A stretch of DNA of 49,451 bases, filler included, from Bipalium vagum (lineage: Eukaryota), in the NCBI GenBank assembly GCA_037834085.1. It is 3 parts of 3 records of this genome, joined end to end, with 100 filler letters (N's around TTAATTAATTAA, not from the genome) between each part and the next. Parts side by side here need not be neighbours in the genome. Positions count along the whole stretch, not along the records: positions 1 to 15,777 come from JBBMKC010146457.1; positions 15,878 to 32,519 come from JBBMKC010100885.1; 1 more part is not named here. One strand, 5' to 3'. Below the pieces are notes generated by a model that ran no database searches, was not told the origin of the DNA, and was given only the letters and a program-made list of their open reading frames with translations. Below are positions 12,433-25,696 of this stretch, in pieces. The translations under genes were made by a program, and so were the position numbers. How positions within the stretch are numbered: position 1 is the stretch's first letter; the number at the start of each line of letters is the position of its first letter.

Positions 12433-13200
12433 ACTGTGCGTCATAACAATGATTTGAAATTTAAAATTCCTATCAACCTTGTTAAAAACAAACATAAATG
12501 TCAACAAAATATTTATTGATAAAATTTCCATCAGTATGATCTATGACCACCATTCTTTTCAGCACATTCCGCAATTCAGTACGGCATATTGTCGAACAAA
12601 GACTTGACTGTTTCAAAATGAATACATTTTCACTGCTGTCTCAGTCTATGATTTAAAGATTCAGAGAATTTTGTGGTTCCACATACTTTGTTTGCAATCT
12701 TCTGCCAAGTACATCTAACAGATGCTCTTTAATAGATAGATCCGAAGAAAATGGAGGCCATGGAACAGCATTTATGTTATTTTTCTTTAATCAGCTTGAG
12801 GTCATCCGTTGTCATGCTGGAATCAGAAGTTGTTATTTCATGAAGGTACACAGTTTTTCTAAATGACTTCTTCGCCATAATTCTCATCATTCGAAGTCAG
12901 ATCAAGCATTATTTAAGGGCTTAATTATAGAAAAGACATAGCCACCATCACCATAATTCAGCTTTTGCGAAATTTGTGGTGTTGTACGATGCAACAATCC
13001 AAAAACCGTTCTGAAATTGGCCGTCTGACTCGAACTCTTTCATCCTGAATATCCAAGCAGAACCGTGATTTTTCGTTAAAAACCATCCTTTGACAACTTT
13101 CCTTAGACGAATGAAATCTTTCATTGCACAAAATTAACTGGTTAGAACGATTCATTGAAGTCAATGAAATTCTGATTGGCTTTGAAACCGGTAAAATATA
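12433..13200 (-). mobile_element. decayed Tc1-family transposon fragment
   Basis: VFNEKSRFCL..DERVRVRR (FSDESRF-like) and WPPFSSDL..EHLLDVLGRR motifs; multiple stops and frameshifts. Confidence 0.8.
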
Positions 13201-13363
13201 AATCTAGATTGCTGATTAGAATGATAAATTATAGCCGTAACTCATACATCTACGACTTGAAAAAAATAATGTTTTTTATCCCAAGAATAAAATAATAATA
13301 GTATTTTATAAAAATTACTTATTAATATTTAATAGTAGTATTTCACAGCTATGTATATTATTA

Positions 13364-14403
13364 CAGTAACCGCTCGATAAAAGCAAGCTCGACATAAGCA
13401 TGTTCTATATAAGCAAAGCTAAATTCGCTATAAAGAATAAATTAAAATTTATTAATTTATTTATTAATAATTCTAATTTTATTTAATTAATATTATTTTG
13501 TTTAATTTTAGTAACTTTATTTTACAATTTAAATTCAAAAGCTATGCAGAAAAATAAACGGAGCTCTATTTCTATCAAGACAAATTATCAATTTTAAAAG
13601 AGATTGAAAGTGGGAACAAGCCATACGATACATTTAAAAGATATTCTATCCATGAATCAACATTATCTAGAATCAAGATTAATAAGGGAAATATTCATAC
13701 TTTTGTGTCGAAATATTTGAAAGCTACGACTTTAATGAAACGAATGAAAGAATTCTGAATTAGAGAAAAGATTATACGCCTGGTTTGTAAATAGACGATC
13801 TATGCACGGCATAACTAATGATATGCTAAAATTAAAGACCTTAGACATAAATAAGTCTATGAATGGATCGAATGCTTTCATTGCAAGTGATGGATGGCTT
13901 ACAAAATTTAAAAATCGTTTTAGTATACGAATTTTGCAAATATTGGGTGAGAAATTATCATGCAATACCGAATCAGCCATTCTGTTTATAAATGACTTTA
14001 AAAGGATTATCTCAGAAAAAGAATTTGTACCAGAACAGATATATAACTGTGATGAAACTGGTTTAGTCTGCACAGCAAAACAAATGTTACCTATTTTGAA
14101 AAAACAGCTGCAGGTAGGAAATTAAAAAAAGAGTGACAATCATGCCATCTGTCAATGCTACGGGAACTCATAAACTAGAGTTGTTGATGATAGGGAAATC
14201 CAAATGTCCTGCTATTGAATGGGGTGAAAATAATAATATCTCGATCAATGAGATGTTTTTATTGCGTAGAATTCGAGAGAAGGCTGTAGTGAAAAAATAT
14301 TATATTAATTGTTAGTTTTATTCGTGTTTTTTTATTCAAAAATAAAAATTCGATATAAGAAATTTATTTGGTTCATTTTATTGCTTATATCGAGCGGTTA
14401 CTG
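13364..14403 (+). mobile_element. pogo/Tigger-family transposon, internally deleted
   Basis: TIRs CAGTAACCGCTCGATA with TA flanks; CENP-B-type HTH (ASDGWLTKFKNRF), EQIYNCDETGL and NATGTHKL..IGKSK; the DDE C-terminus is missing. Confidence 0.92.
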
Positions 14404-14414
14404 TAGTATACATA

Positions 14415-15718
14415 CACTATCTGCAAACATACGATCACATTTTCATAATAAAAGTTAAATTAAGAAAAGAGGAATAAATTTATGAAATGAAACAAAGTAT
14501 TTATATGCAGTACTGGTGTAACTGCTTACATCTAACAAAACTGCTCATAAAATTTAATTATAAAGCGAAATAAAATTACATAAATTAAATTTATGCAAAT
14601 ATTTGTATTATTCTATCAGTATTGTTCATATCACTTTGTTTTAATAATATTTGTTGACCCATATATTTAAAATAAAGGTAAATAGTTATTATTACCTAAT
14701 TATTAATTTTATATGCTAAAAACATATAATCTGAATTAACTCCAATTTCTTTCACCAATAAAAATATTATAATGGGCGTAGATCAATGCAATTCTAAAAT
14801 TAAGAAATGATGGAATCAGCTTTAGTCAGATCTCCACCATGTTGCAATGTCAACTGTTCAATTCATCGTGAGAGAATATTTCCGTGAGGGAACCTTCTTA
14901 TCTCTACCTAGGGGTGATCGGCGAAAAATAAGTACTATTAGAAAAGAAATTTAATGTATTTGGGAGACATGGAAAAGATACTGGGATGACTTCTGTGAAA
15001 GAAGAAATTAATGAAGAATGCCTCCGACCGTCATTGTATGGGAATATTTTGCGAGTTCTGGGGTGGAGATATTACATTTCATCGATGGCATAATTTCAAA
15101 AATCAGACTATAAAAAAGAAGAATTGGTGCAAACCCCCCAACTACATGATATTGAAAATTATTTCAAGTTTCAGCATGATAGGAATCCGAAACATACGAT
15201 GAAGATTGTGACAAAGTGGCTCAAATATACAGATATTGAGGTCATGAAATGAGTTGGTCAATCACCGGACATGAATAATAATAATCATAATTTATGGACC
15301 AGCTTGAATAGAAAAAACTCAGGGAGGGAAACTGAAAAGAAATATTAAAAGCATGTCTCAAAGAAGAATGGCAGAAAATTTCTACTTATTTTTGCAAAAA
15401 AAACTAATAGATTTCAAATGGTGCTTAATAGGAAAGGAAGATCAATAAAATATTAGATATGCCAGATACATTAATACTTTTCTATTTATATGTCATAAAT
15501 ACAATCGTATGTTATATTCTTGTGGTCATAATTTCCTTCGTTTTCCAAATTTAAGTCCATAGAATTTTGAAATTATATTTTTTATCTTTGTTATTTGATA
15601 CTTATAGATTAATATACTAGATTTTATTACAATTATTTTTCAGTAAGTGTCATACTGTTTTATGTATTGAAATATTTGAAAAATAAAGTGATCGTACGAA
15701 TACTTCTTGCAGATGGTG
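14415..15718 (+). mobile_element. decayed Tc1 (DD34E) transposon
   Basis: Imperfect TIRs CAC(T/C)ATCTGCAA with TA flanks; FQHDRNPKH and QSPDMN...NLW motifs. Confidence 0.85.
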
Positions 15719-15777
15719 TACATGTAATTATTTGAAAAATATATTACAATATTATGTAACATGAACAATAAATTATA

Positions 15778-15877
15778 NNNNNNNNNNNNNNNNNNNNNNN
15801 NNNNNNNNNNNNNNNNNNNNNTTAATTAATTAANNNNNNNNNNNNNNNNNNNNNNNNNNNNNNNNNNNNNNNNNNNN
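15778..15877. other. artificial assembly spacer (44 N + TTAATTAATTAA + 44 N)
   Basis: Exactly 100 nt with a six-frame stop linker. Confidence 0.97.
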
Positions 15878-15920
15878 TTAGATACCGTTATTTAGCGATT
15901 TAAAATGTAAATATGAAAAA

Positions 15921-15970
15921 CATTGACTGATGAAGAACTGAAAAATAAAAGTTCGAAACATGTTTATATA
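15921..15970 (+). ncRNA. minimal type I hammerhead ribozyme-like motif (Penelope-type), probably degenerate
   Basis: CTGATGA-A-GAACT(loop)AGTTC-GAAA-CATG-T with a palindromic stem III; stem I pairs poorly. Confidence 0.4.
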
Positions 15971-16094
15971 TATTTGAATAAATTTTAAATTCATTTAATA
16001 AAACACGTATATTCAAAAAATAAATATATATAATAAATAAATATATTAAATAAATGAATATTTTAATTTTACATTTGTAAATTTAATCATATAT

Positions 16095-16425
16095 TCCAAC
16101 TATAAGCTGTAGCTGAATAACAATAACAAGGATCTATTTCATAGTATTTTAAACATGTTTCTCTAAAATTTTCAAAAAAAATCTGCTAAAATTAAAACAT
16201 CTAATTTCTAATAAAAAATATAATCTAAAATTATTAAAATTCTTATCTTCATTACTAAAATAATTACTAAATATAATCATTTCAAGTTATAGTACAATTT
16301 ATTTTATTATCAAAATCATTTCTATTAAAGTCCATCTGTTTTGATAATTATCAACAACTTCTTTATAATAAGAACCTTTTATATATTCATAAGGATAAAA
16401 TTATTTCTTAGGTTTTAATTCTTAA
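16095..16425 (-). pseudogene. Polinton/Maverick (adintovirus)-type protein-primed DNA polymerase B fragment
   Basis: Frameshifted translation FYPYEYI ... LDVLILADFF/ENFRETCLKYYEIDPCYCYSATAYSW matches the pPolB pattern FPYEY...DVLLLADVFENFR..CL..Y.LDP.HY.TAPGLSW. Confidence 0.8.
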
Positions 16426-19400
16426 AATTATAAAATATACATATTACATATTACATTTTACATATAATATAATAATATAAAACATATAATAACATATTTT
16501 ACTTTATATCACGAGGTCTATCACGAAAAATTATTCATTATATTAACTTATTATTTTATTATCATTCTTCCAGAACTCATCTGCTATTATTTCCAGAACT
16601 ACACAAATGCTTCTAGAGTAAGGTTTAATTAATTATTTTATTATTAAAAATATTGTTTTTTAAAAAATTATTATATTCTTTTTAATAATTTTCACATAAA
16701 ACTTTTAATAGCTAAAATTTGTCTTTTTTAAGATAAAGATGATTTGATAACGCTCAGATTTTTTATTTTTGATGATGACTATAAGATTAACTTATAACCG
16801 CAACCTATATGATTAACTATTAGTAATGAATAAAAAATTCTAAAAAATTAAATAACTTTCCATAAATAAATGATGTTGGAGTAAAGTTACTAAATATAGA
16901 AAGTTATATAATATAATAACTTACTTAAAATAGTAACAACTCACGCATAACTATTAATTGGAAGTTTTATAATATAAAACTTACCTAAAATAGCAACCAC
17001 ACACAGATGAATCTATTATTGGAAAGTTAGAATTGAGCAAATAAGAAGCTGCAGAATGTGGAAAACAAGAGTTTATAAATTCTTGTTTCACATATTCAAA
17101 ATGTCCTTAAGAACTTAGAATACGATTTCATATCTATTTTAAAACGCTTTTAAGACGCCGGAAATAATAAAATGTAATGAATTTGTATTAATTCCAAATG
17201 TTTAACCTGTGGAGACTACGAGGACCAGGACCAACAACAGCAAAACCACCAGGTACAGTCCCAACCAATCCCTACAACCGGCAGTCATCGTGAAGGGATT
17301 ACTCCTTATCCTTCATAACATTCGTCCATAACTAACAATTATCCATGATATTTGTGCATGACTCAAATTGTGTATTTGTGAAATTTGAATATTATTTATT
17401 TGTGAAATTTTAATCGTTTTATTCTTTTCGGTTGTGAAAGAAAAATATATGTATATACATTGTAAACCAATTCTGACCAAAGATGAAGTAATAATTAAAA
17501 TAATTAAATAAAAAATTTTTTAAAAAAAAACCAAATAATAATAAATTAAAAATAATAATAAATTGAAAGAAGATCATATAATAAATAAGATATAGTATCA
17601 AATAATAGATTAATATGTGGGAATTATTATTATTAGGATGTAGTTTATATTATTATGTTATATATTTATTTATATTATTATGAGAGAAAAATTTTAAAGT
17701 AACATTAAGTTACTAAAAATAAAAAGTTCAAAAGAAATTTTATAGAAAAATGGTAAAATTGGAAAGAAAGCAGGCAAAGCAAATTAATTAAGAAAAAAGA
17801 CAGTTACTAAAAATAAAAATAAGGAAAAAATAATAGTATAAAAGAAGTTAAAAATTTTAAACAAGAGACAACAAAAAATATTTGTAATATTTGTAAAAAA
17901 AATTGTAAATATATTGATCCTTAGTTTAAAATTGATTTGAAAATTGTCTGGATTTTTAATTGTCAGATGTTAATATTTATTAAATATTGTAAATCTTTTT
18001 TGTATTGAAATAAATCTTTTTGTTGAATTTTATTATTTTAAACATTAATAAATATTTCATAATATTTATTTTGCGGAAAATTTTCATTTATTTTGATGAA
18101 TTCTTTTTCTGATAAATAGTTTAGGTTTATTTGTATGCTTTTTATTTTTATTTTTTTTTTCAGATTTTAATTTTATTATTTTTTGAAAAAATGTCCTAGG
18201 AACATAAGATATGTTTAAAAGAGTTTTATTTTTTGGAAAAAATTAGGAAAAAGGTAAAGAGAAATTTTTTTATTAAAGTCACACAAAGTGTATGATATTT
18301 ATAAACACCTTTTTTGATGAGATTTTTTTTTGTGAAGCACTAGCGAGTAAATAAAAATAGGGGTACACTTTATGTTACTTATTATTTTTTTAATTGAAAT
18401 TAAGCTTCAATCACTGATCTTATTTTCTAAAAATGGTGAATTCACTTCAAACTAAATTATATTTTATTAATTTATATTTTATAAATTAATTATTTTTATT
18501 TTTCTAAATTGTACACCTCTTTGTCTTTGAATCATCCTAATGCTGCCTGATCTATGATTGTAAAATTAAATCTAATTAATTAATAATTTTCCACAACATT
18601 TATTAGTGATTTTTTCATAATTTGGTTTTAAAGATCCAGCAAAGCTATTGTTAAGATCAAACTTGTGATTCTTTGGGTAGCACAATATATATAGAGCTTA
18701 TTTATTAAAATAAAAACTATTTTCCGTTATTTCTAAATATTTTTAAAGTATTTAAATCCAATCCAAATGAAATATTCTTTTAATAAAATTCCATGAAATA
18801 CCTCAAAGTTTTGTTAAACAATAAATACGTACAATCAAACTTTAAAAAGGTTAGTTAAATTTGACTTAACATTTTGAATTCAAAATAAGCCATGAAATTT
18901 CAGTCAAATTTCGCTAAAGCTTTTCAATTTCAACAAAAATGCTTACTGTAAAATAAAGTAAACAGAAAAACAAATATTTAACCACTGACACATCACAATA
19001 TTGTTTCTACTACTGCTCCCAAGCTATTTTTCTACAGGACTGGATTCCTGTGGAATTTATCGGTTCGAATTACTTTTGGTCTTGTACAAAGTATGAATAT
19101 GTAGTTGTCTTTCATAGTATCTAGCCTTGTGTCTTTGAGTTACCTTCATAATTATTATTTTGATTTTATTAATTACAATTAAACCTTTTTGTTTGAACTT
19201 TTGTCATTATTGGAGAACTTTCTTTCTTAGTTTGCTAGTTAAAATATTATATTTGAGTTACACATTTTTCAATGCTAATGGTTTTATCGTTTATGTTTAA
19301 CTTTTGGTCTAGATATTGAGGGCAGCTGAAATTAATTTTTCTCTTGTCTTGTTGATAATAACTAGGTAATGTTGAAGTTTACATTCGTAAATTCTTAATT

Positions 19401-19468
19401 TTAAATTTAAATTCAAATTTTTATTAAATATCCACTAATGTCCTAAACCCCTTTAAAAATTAAAAATG

Positions 19469-20722
19469 CAGTGCAACTTCTATTTTGGACTACAAAATTT
19501 CAAAAGTGGTCCAAAAATAGAAGTTCGTCCAATATTAAAAATTAAGACATAAAAAGGCTATAAAACATGTTTTATATGAACTTATATGGATGTAATAATA
19601 GAAATTTAAAAAACAACAATATGTCCAATAAATAATAATATATTTCAACGTTTTTGAATTAAATAATCCGTAATTAATAATGAATTAAATAATTCCTGAT
19701 TTTGAAAATGTTATACATACTGGTTGACATAATTATTTATACCACGATTAAAAAATGTTAATTAACTGTTTACTTTTATAAAATTGAATATGAAACCTGA
19801 AATATGATAACTTGATGTATTTATTTGTTAAGGATATTCAAATAAGTTAATTATAATTCTTTTTTTATTTAATTTACAATATTTATAATTTATCCTAACA
19901 ATTTAAAGGACATAATTGCTTATACCGTAAGTAGTTTTGATAATTAAATTCAAAAATTATAACTTAAAATATATAGATGTATTCTGAAGAAATTAAGAGA
20001 ACGGCAATTGACTTAAGAAAAAATGACAAGACATATACAGAAATTGGAAAGATTTTAGGATTAAAGAAGTCTGGTATTCAAAATTTAATTAATTATCAAA
20101 AAGTTTGGCACAAAAGGAAACAAGGTCCCAAATTCAAAATAAATAAAAGAAATTCAACAATCTTACGGCGGCACATATCAAAAGAAAACGAAAATGGTAT
20201 TAAGGTGAATGCCAACAACAATCTTAGAAATAATAATTTTACATTCTCCGCAAGAACCGTTTCCAGATGGTTGCAGCGACATGATTTCCATTACCAAAAA
20301 GAAAGCACAACGTATCATATTATTCACTAAACATAAAGCTGACAGAATTTTTAAAGTATCTTCATGGATATCCAAGAATATTGTATGGGAAAATACTGCT
20401 TTTGTTGAAGAAAAGTGGTTCTCCTTAGATGGTATCAATAATTAGTAAAATATTATTGCAATATTATTTTAATGCATGAAAATGAAAATTAGGTTTACAT
20501 ACAGTGCTGGGAAAAAAATTGTATACTGTATACCAAATAATATTTAAATAAATTATTAAATTTTTAAACAAATTATTTAAATTTTTGGACCAAGAATTTT
20601 ATTTTTTATATGAAAATATTTAGAAATATGATAAGTACAAATTATTGGTCCAACATATGGAGTTTGGTCCGATTATAGAAGTGGTCCATTTCAGAAATTG
20701 GTCCAAAATAGAAGTTGCACTG
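19469..20722 (+). mobile_element. TIR element (22-bp CAGTGCAACTTCTATTTTGGAC ends) containing a truncated Tc1-like transposase fragment
   Basis: Perfect TIRs with TA on the right end and subterminal TGGTCC..AGAAGT repeats. Internal ORF 19977-20445 has an HTH and FVEEKWFSLDG, preceded by its own Tc1-like left end at ~19715. Confidence 0.8.
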
Positions 20723-20913
20723 TAATAATAAGTTTAAAACTTTTATTTAATCCTACTTGGAAATTGGAATATTTACTATAGCACAAATATATAAGTAATG
20801 TCTTAAAGGTGCAACCTTTATAACTAATTAATAAACAATTTCGTTGTTGAAAAAAAAGAACAATGAAATAAAAATGAATTAATGATGTTATGAATCAATT
20901 ATTATTATTTTTA

Positions 20914-21730
20914 TAAGTGGTACAAATAAATAATGCGAATTTATTTAAAATAGATTTAGTGAGATTTCGAAATATAATTGTGAATTGAAATATAAATCAA
21001 TTCTTTTGAATAATATCTAATTAATAGGGTAATCATTTAAATTTTGATAATATGTTCATAATTTCAAAATTTTTAGATCTAAATATGTAAATATTTACAC
21101 CAAGCAAAGAACACTTGCGGGAAATTCTCATTCATTACTTCATAATGAACAAAACTGCCGCAGAAAGCTATAGGATATTATGCGATGTTTATGGAAAACA
21201 TGTAGTATTTCAGGACACATGCGAGTGTTGGTTTCACCGCTTCACAAGTAATGATTTCAGTATAAAGGATAAAGAACGCGCAGGCCGTCCTTTCAAATTT
21301 GAAAACTACGATTTACAAAATTTATTAGATGAAGATACCTTTCAGTCACAAAATCAACTTGTTAGGTGTTACTCAGCAAGCAATAAGCGCGCGTTTACAT
21401 GATATGGTCAGATTTTAAAGGAAGGAAAGTTGGTGCCTCATCAATTGAATGAAAGACAACTAGAAAATCGAGAAGTAGTTAGTGACATCCTCTTACAACG
21501 GCACGAAAGAAAGTTTTTTTCCATCGACTATTCTCATTAGATGAAAAGTTGATCTATTTTGAAAATTCCAAACGTACGAAAACATGGGTTAAGCCAGGTC
21601 AACCATCAAAACAAACTGCAAGAGCAGACCGCCTCAGAAATAAAACAATGCTTTGCGTCTGATGGGATCAAATCAGGTGAAAGTGTTAATTCGGAGAGAT
21701 ACCAAAACAAATAGTCCAGCTGAATCTTAT
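20914..21730 (+). mobile_element. mariner, mauritiana (Mos1-like) subfamily, truncated and defective
   Basis: FTPSKEHLREILIHYF..KTAAESYRIL, LVPHQLNERQLENR, DEK.IYFEN and KTMLCV.WDQ closely parallel Mos1 transposase; the ATG at 21085 is followed by a stop. Confidence 0.88.
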
Positions 21731-22217
21731 TATTAAAGTTTTAAAATTATATAAACAAATCAATTACTTTAAGATAGTTCGACTCGAGACTCTATAATCT
21801 ATACGAGTCATTGCGGTCACTCATTAGATATCAAACTCACTCATTGACAAGCGCAATCATTAGCATAAGCCAACATCGTAACAGAAATTACTTTTGAAAA
21901 TATTACGCCTTGAATCAGTTTCTAAGCAAGTCAGTCACATTATCAAACTGAATACACTACGGAAAATTAGTATATTTCGTGAGAAATGTTCACACTTACT
22001 CTATACATCACGAATTATATTGACCAATCTTTCTATCACTTGTTCTGCTATTCAAATCATTCGTCGTTACATACAGGCTGGCCTATTTCAGACAACTCAT
22101 AATAACACCCATATCTGAGATGTTTAGGGCAAAATTCAACGAGATAATCATGGTGAACAATAATAAACTCCAAGTATAAATCTTATATTTAATTTTGATT
22201 TATTATTTTGTAACATA

Positions 22218-23483
22218 TTAAGCTGTAACATAATTTTTCGTGATTTTTACAATATATAAAATGAAGTAACTAAAACTTAGTTTATTTAAGAATAATAATG
22301 AAAATCATTCGATAACATAATTTCAGTCATTATTTCGGACCTTCTCCTATCTTTCCATCAAGTTGTCAAAACCTTTATTTCAGAAATGTTTAGATTTGCT
22401 CTGAAAGAAATTTGTGATTCTTGTTCTGAAAAATAATACATTTCATTTGGTTTGACAGCGAGCGGAAAAGATAAAAATCGCTTGGCCAAGATCCGGAGAA
22501 TACACAGGATGTGAAAGAACCTTCCAATCGAGCTCTTGGAGGGTGGTTTTGGTAATATTTACTGTGTGCTACCTGGCGTTATCATGGAGAAGAACCACTT
22601 TTGCTCGTTTATACTGGTATTTTACTTTAATGATGTCGTTTACTCGACGCAATTGGTTTATCAGTAGGAGCCTGTCAACTGTTTTGTCTCTTGGAACCAT
22701 TTCCCAGTGTATCAGACCATCCCAATTCCACCAAACACCAATCATAATTTTGTTGGATGCAATTCTGGTTTAATTCTGGACGTACCTGTGAAACCAGGAT
22801 CCACTTAATTCTTCCTATAGTTTAAGTTTGTATACAGATACCATTTTTCATCCCCTGTTATGATTTGATGAAGAAAATGCTCTTTGTGGCCGCGTGTTGC
22901 TGGGTGTCTGGCAAGATTTTGAGCAGCAATTTTTAAACGACTTTCTCTTATTTTTTCATTGAGTCGATATGGTACACAAGAACTGATTTTTTGACAATAA
23001 CCATTTGATTTAGGTAGCGGAAGACTGACATTTGGTTGCTGTTCATCTTTTGTGACAATTCCCTGCATGTTTGACGACCGTCCACTTCTACCAGTTTGAT
23101 CAATTGGTTATCATCGAAATTGGATGGAAGACCGGTATGTGGCGTGTCTTGAAGGTCAAATGTAGCATTTTCAAATTTATTGAACCAATATTTTGCAGTT
23201 GTCCAGGCCAAAACATTTTTTCCGTAAACACTGAAAATTTCTGTGACAGCTTGGGCTACTTTGTTACCACGATTAAAATAAAATAATAATAGATGTCTAG
23301 AATGGTGCTTTTTATCAATTTGGTATTTCATCTCAAACTTGTGAATTTTTACAAAAAATTAAGTATCAAATTAATTAAATATATAATGTTTTAATTATTT
23401 TAAAATATTTAAAAAGAATGAATGAAATTTTAAAAATGACAAATTTAATAAAAATCGATTTTAAAATGATGTAACAACGATAA
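22218..23483 (-). mobile_element. mariner (capitata-like), defective
   Basis: ORFs 22948-23331 and 22805-23068 (RHLLLFYFNRG, IITGDEKW) with downstream HDNA and HPVYSPDL motifs; TIRs are degenerate, so the ends are approximate. Confidence 0.85.
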
Positions 23484-24844
23484 ACTAAAAACAAAATTGT
23501 TTACTAAATTATATTTTTACATAAATCAAACAAATTTATTATTATTGCTACAAAATAACTGTCAAAACTCGAGATGTACAGATTGCTAAGAAAAATCAGA
23601 TCACCCTTCGGTATCCTGCTCTCAAGGGCCCTCAGTAAAAATAAGGTTCTCCGTTTTACTAGGCGTAAAGAACACAAAAAAGAAGATATAGGAAATCAGT
23701 AAAAAATAAAAATAATATTTGATCTTAAAGTTTTGGAATAGCTGTTCAATCTTTAGTATTTTTTTAATGTAATTAATTAACTTTTAACTTATAATTCAAA
23801 ATTAAATTATAGTTAAAAGAGTTTATTTATTTTGGACCGGTTCACCTATTAATAGTGTGAATTCAAAGTTATTTATTTTTATTTAGGTAGTAGGATTTTT
23901 AATCAAATCCCATAATGAATAATTTAATAAAACAAAAAATTACTTACTGAAATATTTTACTTTTCTGCTTTAAAATCGTCTGGAATGGTCTTAGAATTGT
24001 CCGATGCTGATTCTCGTATTTGTTCTCTACTTTATACCGAAATTTGACGCTTCTTATATACTAATGAATATGCTGTTTGCTGGTTCTAGTCTGGTTACTT
24101 GCTGGTTTCTGGTAATTTGTTTCTTCTTCTTGAATACTGATAATTAAGACATTCTGTGGGTAGTTGGAATATTTTGCTGATATTTATTTTTCACTTGTTC
24201 AACAACTCGTAAATTTTTGTTTTTTTTATTTTAATTACTAATTATTTATATTATATTATTTTATTTTGGATAATTTTTGATTATTAAATAAAATTAAAAT
24301 TTTATAACCCTAAACATGCTTACTTTGAATATCAGTTCTACTTTTTTGTCTTTTTTGCTAGATTATACATTTTACAAGCAGAACATTCCCGAAAACCGGT
24401 CTAAGAACTTAATTAATTATTTGCAACATATTTTATAAATATTATTATTTAATTAATTTTAATGGAAATATTTTGAAAATAATGTAAATTATAATAATTT
24501 ACTGTTACTATTTCGAAATGTGTAACTTAAGCTCATATTTTCTAACTCCTCACTTTGCTGATAATAAGTGATCTTTAGATCTTAATTACTTCGAAAATCT
24601 ATCCGCTGTTGAATCATAACAATCACAAATAAATTTATCCTATTACCTTGAATCAAAGTAATCACAATATTTTGTATTCCAATTTGTTGTAATAAATCAG
24701 AACTAATCACAATAAACTTGATTTCTCAAATCGCTCACAAAGTCAATCACAAAATTTCAATCACAAAAAAAAATTTAAGTATTAAATTTCAATGTTTAAA
24801 ATTAATTGCTAAAATAAAAAAGAAATTAAGATTAAAACAAAACG

Positions 24845-25270
24845 GCAGGTCTCATTGGAGCAGTCAAGAGGTCCCGGGTCGTCCACAAATCCATTTTCGG
24901 TCGCCTACAGGAATCCGTAACTCGATGGGACCCTTGCATCATCACTGTCTGGAAAATGAAGTAGAATGCATACAAAAGTATAAAAACTTCTAACGAATTT
25001 ACAAAATTAATAATCTTCTAAAGTTCCCATAAAAAAATCAAGTCGTAAAAAAACAAAATCTATCTTTTATTTCGGTGAATTTCTTAAATTAAATCCTAGC
25101 CTTAAATAGATGTAGAGATTGGCAGATAATCGCCAATCGCAACTTTTAGAAGCCTATTTCTTTCGATAGCCTAAAATTCCTAAATTATGTTACAGTTATC
25201 TCGACAACGAGAATTACTACATAAGCTTTTTTATAAATTATTAATTATTATCTCGGTGTGATAAATCTGT
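24845..25270 (-). repeat. unclassified dispersed element, copy 2 (inverted relative to 10744-11240)
   Basis: Shared blocks TTAGGCTA, CGATTGG, TA(T)TAAGGC.AGGATTT, TCGAGTTA, GTGGACGA and GCTCC.ATGAGA. Confidence 0.6.
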
Positions 25271-25696
25271 TCACTAATTTTATTATAGGGAAATGTCAAT
25301 TCCCTTTTAGGATTATTAATCCTAAATCGGTCCCTCCTTCCGAACCCTGAACTAATCTTGCTAATTTAGGTTCGTCATTGTCAAAATTAGATCACAAAAA
25401 AATTTATTGCCTTTTTTCCTTTTTAATTAGCTAAAATTATTATTTAATTATTATTCTTAGTTATTATTATTATTATTCTTATTATGATTATTATTATTAT
25501 TTTGAGCACCCTTTTACAAATTTCATTTGGGACGGGTGGGTGTTTTGGGTAAACCCAACAAATCATTATTTTTATTTTAAGTCTATTGTTAATAATTTAT
25601 TATTATTATTATTGATCCTTAGTGACCGTGTCTTGGTGAACCAAACATTACTTAAAAACTAAAATAATAAATAACAATTTTGTTTAATTATAAATA

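Noticed and set aside
15822-15833. TTAATTAATTAA palindrome between N runs
   Set aside because: Artificial linker, not a biological motif.
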